Part shown: piece after piece, positions 23,638-30,802 of the stretch
Layout: every line of letters starts with the position of its first letter
Position numbering within the stretch: the first letter of the stretch is position 1
Assembly (NCBI GenBank): GCA_030390025.1
Contig: JASTWF010000358.1
Coordinates: 124,001-188,000 of the forward strand
Source of the DNA: Squalus acanthias
Lineage: Eukaryota
DNA length: 64,000 bases
Direction: 5' to 3'
The notes under the pieces: model-generated
The model's input: the letters and a program-made list of their open reading frames with translations, nothing else
Told to the model about the DNA's origin: nothing
Databases searched by the model: none
Made by a program: the position numbers and the translations under genes

Positions 23638-25989
23638 TTACACGGTGCTCTCATCGTGCACGCGCACGTAACGTTCTCGCCACTCTCCCGTGTTTTCATG
23701 CTTGGTGAGGCGTTTGTCTCTTTTACAATGTACAACCAATAGGTACACTACAATGAAAACTTGGCATACGACTAAAATGTGGGAGGCTATTCTGATCCAT
23801 GAAGGTACTTCAATATTGGTGAATAGATTCCACCACGGTGGAACTACTATATCCAGAATGTCCGTTCCTATTTCGACAGTTTTCTGCTCTAATGTATAAA
23901 AATGTTTCTGTGACACCGCGACGGCTTTCAAAAGCTTGGTGAGGTGTTCAGGGAGAGGGGGAATGAGGTATCCAAAATGCGCGACGAATCGCTGCAAGTC
24001 GGTGAAATTCTCTTTTACTGTGAGATGAACAGTGGATGGTTCAGGGATTGGGATAATTCGCTGTTGTGCTACTTGAACTTCCGCCCTGGGTTTAAAACAG
24101 AAACTGCTGTCACTCACCGGACACCGGCTACGGTTTCCATGCTGGTAGTGTTGCGCTGCAGTGGTAACACAATATGTTCCACCCCCGATGTATGCTACCT
24201 GCGGAGGCACATGATCTTGTGCCATTGCCTCCATGGTGCAATTCATGGACTTGGCGCCAGCCGTTCTGAACCCGCACTGTGGTGTTAAAAAGGCATTCAA
24301 GTGCTGGGGGCACAGTATTATGTGTGCTCCCCTGCCACGACAACCAGAGAGATCTGTACCTGTCATCGTTTGCTCCCAGCGGATGACGTAAGGTGGAACC
24401 GCTGCATAACGAATGTGGGCTCCCCCCTGAATGACACCAATGTTCTCTACCCGATATACCGGGGCGGGCTTTGCTGTGTCGCCCAAAACCGGCATACGTA
24501 AAACTATACCCATGATGGTATGGTTTGATCGTCCACAGTCCACGGGGACTGGGTATGCTTCTGAAGCTAGCCTGAGCTGGCACGGGCTTAATGCGTTCTG
24601 AAAAGGGTGGAGCGCCCGCAGGTGTTTGTTACTTATCCAGGACGGAACCAAACCTTGTTTTAAATCCTCCAAATTACTGCGGCCCTCGCCCAGTAACCAC
24701 GCCCCGTAAAGCACGCACACCTCGTTCTGCGCAGCTTGATCGGATGCATTCCGATCTTCCCTAATCAGGGCATTTACCGTCTTTGCATGTTTCTCCAACT
24801 CTGCTATAATTTCCTTTAAATGGAGGGTCATGGCTTGGTCCTCGTGTAGACCCGACCCTACCACTTTATTCTCATCTGTTAGAATGTCCTTTAATTGTGT
24901 CTTTAAACCATTAATCTGGGTCTGCAGCTCCACACTGTCTAGAGCGTTGACCACAGATGTACCTGTGTTAAAAGCAGTGAACGCATCGTTCACCAAACCC
25001 CTTCTTTGCCTCCCTACTTGATCCAAAACTTCCTGTGGTGCGGTGTACAAACTTGTTTTATCAATTTCCGCGAAATCGAATTCGTAAAATTGTCTGAACA
25101 TCTTGGTCAACAGGACCTGGTACAACTGTTCCGTCTTTTTGGGGCACCACTCTGGTAACCGCACCTCAGTGAGATTTAAAATCACCGAGGCCACCGCGTA
25201 ATGTACCCCCTGAAATAGTATCTGGTCTGTGGGGACCAGTACCAAACCATTCCCGGGTCCCTTACTAGTTTTAGGGCACCCTTCTTCCTCAGCTAGAACC
25301 ACCGGAATCGTGGGCGGGGCTTTGCGTGGGCGCGTAATGAGCTCAGTGGCATTTACTGGGATCGGGGAGAATGGGGCTCCGCACCCCCTGGTGCTCGCAT
25401 CCCACCTCATCCCCTGTCCGTTATCCTGCCATTGATTGATAAAAAATATGGAGATGCCTTTGGGGCAAACGTACTTTGACCCCCACATACATACATAAAT
25501 TCCCTCATCCGGTTCCCACCATTTGTCCCAACAGACTTTCACTTGTCCGTCTGTCCCCGTAATTGTCCGATGGGTATTATTACCCAGTCGTTCCCACTCG
25601 ACCGAAGAGTTCCTCATAGTTTTGCTCAGCTTTCGCAGCCACCACCATCGGCTCAATGGGACCTTCCCACTACAAGTCAAACAAATCCGTTTGCCGACGG
25701 TGACGCTGATCCTGGGTGCGATGATCCTTACTTTGGGGCATAGTAAAGAAGTCTCTTGGTAGGCAAACCCCGATGTGCTGGAATACTCCGTTGAGTTCGT
25801 TCCCAGCCATCCTGGCCACCTTCCCTTGTGGAAATAGGTGCTGGTCTCCTCTGCCTCCCGTCTTCCGGTCCCATCCACCGCGATGGGGGCCGTGTCCCCG
25901 GAACATCCAAACACCACGACATCCTTGGTGCGGCCTCGATAGGCCAATCCACATCCGATTGCCGCGAGCAATACTAGAATTCGTTCCAT
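23638..25989 (-). CDS. env: Envelope/fusion glycoprotein: signal peptide, Ig-like domain, F2-like segment, furin site, long F1-like ectodomain, TM, short tail
   Basis: Frame is open from 26172, but the ATG at 25989 (AGGATGG) begins a signal peptide MERILVLLAAIGCGLA. RQRR|GLVNDAFTAF cleavage/fusion region at 25000-25011, heptad-like helix, Cys-rich region, several NxS/T sequons, TM IASHILVVCQVFIVVYLLVV. Confidence 0.88.
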   Translation of the reverse strand: MERILVLLAAIGCGLAYRGRTKDVVVFGCSGDTAPIAVDGTGRREAEETSTYFHKGRWPGWLGTNSTEYSSTSGFAYQETSLLCPKVRIIAPRISVTVGKRICLTCSGKVPLSRWWWLRKLSKTMRNSSVEWERLGNNTHRTITGTDGQVKVCWDKWWEPDEGIYVCMWGSKYVCPKGISIFFINQWQDNGQGMRWDASTRGCGAPFSPIPVNATELITRPRKAPPTIPVVLAEEEGCPKTSKGPGNGLVLVPTDQILFQGVHYAVASVILNLTEVRLPEWCPKKTEQLYQVLLTKMFRQFYEFDFAEIDKTSLYTAPQEVLDQVGRQRRGLVNDAFTAFNTGTSVVNALDSVELQTQINGLKTQLKDILTDENKVVGSGLHEDQAMTLHLKEIIAELEKHAKTVNALIREDRNASDQAAQNEVCVLYGAWLLGEGRSNLEDLKQGLVPSWISNKHLRALHPFQNALSPCQLRLASEAYPVPVDCGRSNHTIMGIVLRMPVLGDTAKPAPVYRVENIGVIQGGAHIRYAAVPPYVIRWEQTMTGTDLSGCRGRGAHIILCPQHLNAFLTPQCGFRTAGAKSMNCTMEAMAQDHVPPQVAYIGGGTYCVTTAAQHYQHGNRSRCPVSDSSFCFKPRAEVQVAQQRIIPIPEPSTVHLTVKENFTDLQRFVAHFGYLIPPLPEHLTKLLKAVAVSQKHFYTLEQKTVEIGTDILDIVVPPWWNLFTNIEVPSWIRIASHILVVCQVFIVVYLLVVHCKRDKRLTKHENTGEWRERYVRVHDESTV

Positions 25990-26001
25990 CCTTCCTTGGT
26001 T

Positions 26002-26026
26002 CCTGTGATCAGATAGAATGAGGTAG
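26002..26026 (-). promoter_or_regulatory. Candidate env splice acceptor
   Basis: Element sense CTACCTCATTCTATCTGATCACAG|G: branch-like CTCAT plus CAG|G, 13 nt upstream of the env ATG. Confidence 0.55.
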
Positions 26027-26197
26027 CCAGCCTCGCAAGAGTCTCTGGCTTTTGTGAAGGGTGAGCGGGTCCCCTGACCTCGCCTCACGTAAACTTCAAC
26101 GTTCGCTGAATAAACTTCAACTAAACCTATCTTTAAAACTCCCATCATTTTATCGTTTTCTGTTAAAAACACTACAAACTTAACCTGAATAAAACAT

Positions 26198-26249
26198 AAA
26201 ACTTAACCTTGAACTATAAACTTAAAACTTAACCTTGAACTATAAACTT
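26198..26249. repeat. Perfect 26-bp tandem duplication in orfX-env spacer
   Basis: AAAACTTAACCTTGAACTATAAACTT at 26198-26223 and 26224-26249, with degenerate partial copies on both sides. Confidence 0.9.
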
Positions 26250-26300
26250 AAAACTTAGAACTATAACTTTACAGTGCCGCCCGTTCTCAGGGCGGCCCCT

Positions 26301-27161
26301 TTAAATTCTGAGAAGGCTGCTGCGAGCTCTTCCCGACGGTGGGAGGGCACTGACCCTTCCCTCTGATCTGCCGCAGCCTGTTACTGCTGCGATGTGGCCG
26401 GTCTGTATCTGGGTTATCTTAACCTTAAATTTTCGCCTTGGGGCAGTCTGGGGACATGACCACATCCTCCTGGGCTGGGGTTCTCTACTTGACCTACGGG
26501 GAGTTGCTATGGGCGGGGTTTCCGTGACGGACGGACCGGGTTCCGAGACTTCCATCGGGATGACCTGGGGTTCCATCACAGTCGCTGGCTCCGCCTCCGC
26601 TGACTCCGCCTCCCTAACCTCGGGGCTGGCAGTTCGTGGCTCCGCCCTGCTCGGCCCAGCAGGCGGCCCTTCACTCGTGATCTCTGCCTCCCCTGAGGAC
26701 TGGACGTTCAAAGCGGGCGGCCACATCTCTGGGAGCCACACCGGTACTCTCTGTGCTCCCATAGCGGCTGGCCCTGCCTCCTCTAGCTCCTCCCTCCTGT
26801 CTTCGGGACCTGCAGCTCGTGTGTCCACCCTGTGTGGATCTCTACCTGCAGCCCCCGTCCCCTCCATATCGTAAAAGGGACCGTTCCTCCGAAACCACCC
26901 GTCGTCATCACTATCCTCATCTGCACTATCCTCATCTGACCCGGGTACCCTGAATTCTTCCTCATCTAACCCCCAATTCCAGAAAAACGCTGCATGATCG
27001 TCCGGGATGTCCCTTCCCCTGATGCAAGCTGCTATGCCTGCCTGTGTGCCTTGTGGTCCTACCTTACCTGGGGCTGTGCTTTCCCATTGGCGGGATTTAC
27101 CCCTGTAGTTTTCCCCTGCACACCTGGCTGGTACAGTTTGCATTGGTTTATGTGGAACCAC
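26301..27161 (-). CDS. orfX: acidic, Pro/Glu-rich, probably disordered accessory protein (or detached integrase C-terminal tail)
   Basis: 286-codon open frame between pol and env, overlapping the pol end by ~100 nt; first ATG at 27143; acidic tract DEDSADEDSDDD; basic C-terminus. Confidence 0.6.
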   Translation of the reverse strand: MVPHKPMQTVPARCAGENYRGKSRQWESTAPGKVGPQGTQAGIAACIRGRDIPDDHAAFFWNWGLDEEEFRVPGSDEDSADEDSDDDGWFRRNGPFYDMEGTGAAGRDPHRVDTRAAGPEDRREELEEAGPAAMGAQRVPVWLPEMWPPALNVQSSGEAEITSEGPPAGPSRAEPRTASPEVREAESAEAEPATVMEPQVIPMEVSEPGPSVTETPPIATPRRSSREPQPRRMWSCPQTAPRRKFKVKITQIQTGHIAAVTGCGRSEGRVSALPPSGRARSSLLRI

Positions 27162-30100
27162 TTAGTGCGCCGAGGTACTTTTACGGCGTAAACCATGGGA
27201 CTCGCCTTGTCTACAATGTTGTAGGGTCCCATATACAGTGGTTCCAGACTCCCTACTCTGGCGTAGTTTCTGACCATGACCTGGTCTCCCACTTCCCACT
27301 CCCGCGTTTTGCGGGGTTCCAGCAACAAGCGATTGCCCTGATGCTGCCTTCCCATGTTCCCAGCCGCCTGCTCATAAACCTGCTTCAGGCGCTCCAAGAG
27401 AGTCTGGGCGAACTTGTCCCTGCTTATCTCCTGGAGCTGACCCTCAGTGAGCACCGGGGCTAGCACATGGGTGGGGGTTCGCATGAGCCTGCCAGTCATT
27501 ACCTCGTGCGGGGAGTACCCCGTACTTTTTGACTGACTGGCCCGGACCCCCATGAGGACTAAAGGCAGAACTTCCGCCCATTTTTGGGGCGAGTTCCTAG
27601 TCTCTTTCCTCAATTTCTCCTTCAGGGTCCGGTTCATACGTTCAACAATCCCGGATGACTGGGGATTGTGTGCTACGTGCCACTTCCCTTCAATGCCCAA
27701 AAGCATGAGGGTGTTCTGCATCACCTGGCCGGTGAAATGACTCCCTTGGTCTGACTCCACAAAACGGGGGAGTCCCCACCGCGAGAACACTTCCCGGACC
27801 AAGATTTTTGCTGTACCCAGTGCCGTAGCTGTTCGACAAGGGAAGGCTTCCACCCACTTGGAAAACACATCCACCAGGACGAGGCAGTACTTATAACCTC
27901 CCTGGGTGGTGGGCAGGGGTCCTATATAGTCGATCTGTATCGACTGCCATGGTCCCTCTACCCTTCTTACGTGTCCCATGGGCACCTTCCTTTTCTGGGG
28001 GTCTGGGTTGTTTGCAGCGCACACAAGACAGTTTGCACAGAACTCGCGGACTTGTTCCCTGAGCCCTGGCCACCATCCCGCTTGCTCTACCCGTTGCCAG
28101 GTAACCTCGGGCCCGGGGTGCCCTGCCCCTGGTCCCTCGTGAGCCAACTGGAGGAATTCCCTCCTGTGCTGCTGCGGCACAACCCACTGCTCCTCGCGGA
28201 ACAGCATGCCTTCCTTAACTGAGAGGGTTGCCGTACTGTACGGACCTTCTACCTGCCTCCCCTCAGCAATCGTTTTTAGGACTGCTTTTAGGGCGGGATC
28301 CTGGGCTTGGACGGTCTTAAGGTCTAGGGGCAATGCTACCCTGGTGTTCCCGGGATTCCCGTCCCCGCCTCGGACCGCTGCTATGGGTCCGGTCCTATAG
28401 GGGTTCCAGAAAGTGCCGTCGCGGGCACCCTCCCTGGCTAGCGCATCCGCCTGCCGGTTGCCCTCCCCACGGGGCTCTGTGGAGGAGTGAGCTTTCACCT
28501 TATGGATGAAAATCTCTCCTTCCTCCCCAACTGCTGCTGCTAAGATCTTTTCCAGCAAGGGCTTCACCGTTAAAGGTCGCCCGTCCGCGGAGGTGTATCC
28601 GCGGCGGGACCAAATGGCCAGGTATTCCGTACACGAATTGCAGGTGAACATGCTGTCCGAGCAAATCGTGTATGGGGTTGGGAAAATGTCTGGGTGGGTC
28701 ACAACGTACACCACGGCAGACAGCTCAGCTTGCTGCGCGCTCATGGTGCTAGGGAGCTTGATCGCCAGGGCAAGGTCTGCCGCAGGGTCATAAACTCCAC
28801 ACCCTGTGAGTCGCTCGCCAGCAGACACTGTGCTAGACCCATCAACATAAATCTCGCGCCCAGTGGGATGTATCCCGGCCCGTAAACCTATGTTGACGTC
28901 CCACACCCCTTCCACCGAACACCGGTGGGCTGTACCGGGGTATACCAAATTGGCCGCAAGCCTTGGCTCGCAAAGACCTTTTACTCTGAGATCCAACTGG
29001 GAGAGGAGAAGGGTCCAACGCGCAATGCGTGCGCTGCTTACGGTCCCGTCTTTAATCCTCCCATCCAGAAGCATCTTAGTTGGTGTGTGATGTGTGAGGA
29101 GAGTGATGGGAGAGAGCCCTGTGAAGATCGCTGATCTTTTCACAGCCCAATGCGTGGCTAAAAGGTGCCTTTCGCAATTGGAGAAACTTCTCTCCACATC
29201 CGTTAACACCCTGGATGAATAGACAACCGGCCTCAGCTTGCCGTGACGCTCTTGGAGCAGCACGGCGCTTAAGCTGTCTCCGCTGGCAGCTACCTCCAGG
29301 AAAAACTCCTTCCCCCCATCTATGGCCCCTAAGGCTGGCGCGGTCTGCAGATCCCTTTTTAACTTCTCGAAGGCTGCTTGGCAGCCCTCGTCCCAAAGCC
29401 ACTCCACCCCCTTATGGAGGAGTCGGAGGAGCGGCGCCGCTGTGGCCGCATAATCTTCGATAAAATCCCTGCAGTAACCGGTCAGTCCCAAGAAGGACCT
29501 CACACCCCTTACGTTGTTGGGAATCGGTAATTCTTGCACCGACTCCCTCCTCGCTTTGTCTATGGCTCTTTCCCCAGCGCGTATGGTCAGTCCCAGGAAT
29601 TTTACTTCCCGCTGACCGATACGTGCTTTCTTAGGGTTTATTTTAAAACCCTTTCTCGCTAACAGCTCCAATAACTCGTCCAGTAGTGGTCCGTGCTCCT
29701 CCCTTGAGTCCGTAAATAGGAGCAAATCATCCACATACTGTACTATCTGATTGGGCTGACTAAACTCCTTTAAACTTCCTGCCATACACTGATGAAAAAT
29801 ACTGGGGCTATTGTGGAAACCCTGTGGCAGACAGTTCCACGTGTACTGTTGCCCTTTGAAAGTAAAGGCAAACTTGTACTGGTCCTCTCGCCGCAGCGGG
29901 ATGGACCAAAAACCGTTCGAGATATCCAGCACCGTGAACGTGGTCGCGGACGCTGGGATGCTCCCTATTAGGTCAGCAACTGCTGCTACTGTGGGCGCGC
30001 AGGCGGGAATGTTACTGTTAAGGACTCTGTAGTCCACCGTGGCTCTCCACGAATTATCCGGCTTCCTAACCGGCCATAATGGGGAGTTCACGTGTGTGGC

Positions 30101-30802
30101 TATCGGCCTCAACACGCCCTGCTGCACCAAGGAAGACATTGCTGTCTCCATATCGGGTTCGGCTTCTTTGGGGAAGTTATACTGCTTTTGGGGTCGGGTC
30201 ATGGGGTCCCCATCTACGCTGACCTCAAACCCGACCACTCTCCCACAATCGTGCTTGTGGGTTGCAAACGCGTGCATATTATCTGACACGTACGTTTGCA
30301 TGTCCGTTGGGACATCTGCGACCATAAGCCTGAGGTCGTAGCCTCCGGATGGCTGTACGGTACACAGGACCCCTGTTTCTTCCTCCCCCGGAATCACTAT
30401 TACCTCGCCTTTTTCACCTTTAGCCCCCCAGAGACAGTGATTTCTGAGGTCCACGAGGATCCCGTGTCCCGCTAGGAGATCGGACCCGAGAATACCTCTT
30501 CCACCCCCCTTTTGCCATGCCATCAGTATACACTTCCACTTAAGGCGAAGTGTTCCTAAACGAATGGATAGCGGAAGGGAAAACGTGCCAGCCTGTTCTT
30601 TTCCTGTGAACCCTGCTAACGTGAATGGGACCTTGGTAGATAGCGGCGAGTCAAAAGGGTTATCTGTATGGATTATGGTGCAAGAAGCTCCCGTGTCCAA
30701 CAAATAACTACCCTTCTGTTTCTCTACCTCCATCTCCACCACAGGTCGCCTCCACGCATCATAGCTAAGCGGACACAGGTAGACGGGCTGCGCTGGTTCT
30801 AG
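27059..30802 (-). CDS. pol: Pol polyprotein: protease, RT, degenerate RNase H tether, RNase H, integrase; in frame with gag after a single UGA
   Basis: LLDTGAS (PR); LDISNGFW, LPQGFHNSP, YVDD at 29726-29737 (RT); YVDGSS...AQQAEL...SDS...KVKAH...GNRQADALA (RNase H); H-x6-H...C-x2-C, IDYIGP, SDQGSHF, VERMNRTLK (IN). Confidence 0.95.
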   Translation of the reverse strand, partial: LEPAQPVYLCPLSYDAWRRPVVEMEVEKQKGSYLLDTGASCTIIHTDNPFDSPLSTKVPFTLAGFTGKEQAGTFSLPLSIRLGTLRLKWKCILMAWQKGGGRGILGSDLLAGHGILVDLRNHCLWGAKGEKGEVIVIPGEEETGVLCTVQPSGGYDLRLMVADVPTDMQTYVSDNMHAFATHKHDCGRVVGFEVSVDGDPMTRPQKQYNFPKEAEPDMETAMSSLVQQGVLRPIATHVNSPLWPVRKPDNSWRATVDYRVLNSNIPACAPTVAAVADLIGSIPASATTFTVLDISNGFWSIPLRREDQYKFAFTFKGQQYTWNCLPQGFHNSPSIFHQCMAGSLKEFSQPNQIVQYVDDLLLFTDSREEHGPLLDELLELLARKGFKINPKKARIGQREVKFLGLTIRAGERAIDKARRESVQELPIPNNVRGVRSFLGLTGYCRDFIEDYAATAAPLLRLLHKGVEWLWDEGCQAAFEKLKRDLQTAPALGAIDGGKEFFLEVAASGDSLSAVLLQERHGKLRPVVYSSRVLTDVERSFSNCERHLLATHWAVKRSAIFTGLSPITLLTHHTPTKMLLDGRIKDGTVSSARIARWTLLLSQLDLRVKGLCEPRLAANLVYPGTAHRCSVEGVWDVNIGLRAGIHPTGREIYVDGSSTVSAGERLTGCGVYDPAADLALAIKLPSTMSAQQAELSAVVYVVTHPDIFPTPYTICSDSMFTCNSCTEYLAIWSRRGYTSADGRPLTVKPLLEKILAAAVGEEGEIFIHKVKAHSSTEPRGEGNRQADALAREGARDGTFWNPYRTGPIAAVRGGDGNPGNTRVALPLDLKTVQAQDPALKAVLKTIAEGRQVEGPYSTATLSVKEGMLFREEQWVVPQQHRREFLQLAHEGPGAGHPGPEVTWQRVEQAGWWPGLREQVREFCANCLVCAANNPDPQKRKVPMGHVRRVEGPWQSIQIDYIGPLPTTQGGYKYCLVLVDVFSKWVEAFPCRTATALGTAKILVREVFSRWGLPRFVESDQGSHFTGQVMQNTLMLLGIEGKWHVAHNPQSSGIVERMNRTLKEKLRKETRNSPQKWAEVLPLVLMGVRASQSKSTGYSPHEVMTGRLMRTPTHVLAPVLTEGQLQEISRDKFAQTLLERLKQVYEQAAGNMGRQHQGNRLLLEPRKTREWEVGDQVMVRNYARVGSLEPLYMGPYNIVDKASPMVYAVKVPRRTKWFHINQCKLYQPGVQGKTTGVNPANGKAQPQVR

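Noticed and set aside
23448..23735. 95-aa ORF overlapping the env end
   Set aside because: Non-ATG start, no motifs and no second copy in the window to test conservation.
25990..26172. 61-aa N-terminal extension of Env from the ORF track
   Set aside because: Starts at GTG in U-rich spacer and lies upstream of a candidate splice acceptor; ATG 25989 gives a proper signal peptide. A longer leader cannot be fully excluded.
26298..26306. TTTAAAG slippery heptamer plus hairpin as a -1 frameshift signal
   Set aside because: The heptamer is out of phase with orfX (ATT TAA AGG) and the hairpin spacing is too short.
27552..30341. Antisense and alternate-frame ORFs over pol that recur in provirus 2
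   Set aside because: Recurrence is explained by high nucleotide identity of pol; short and without motifs.
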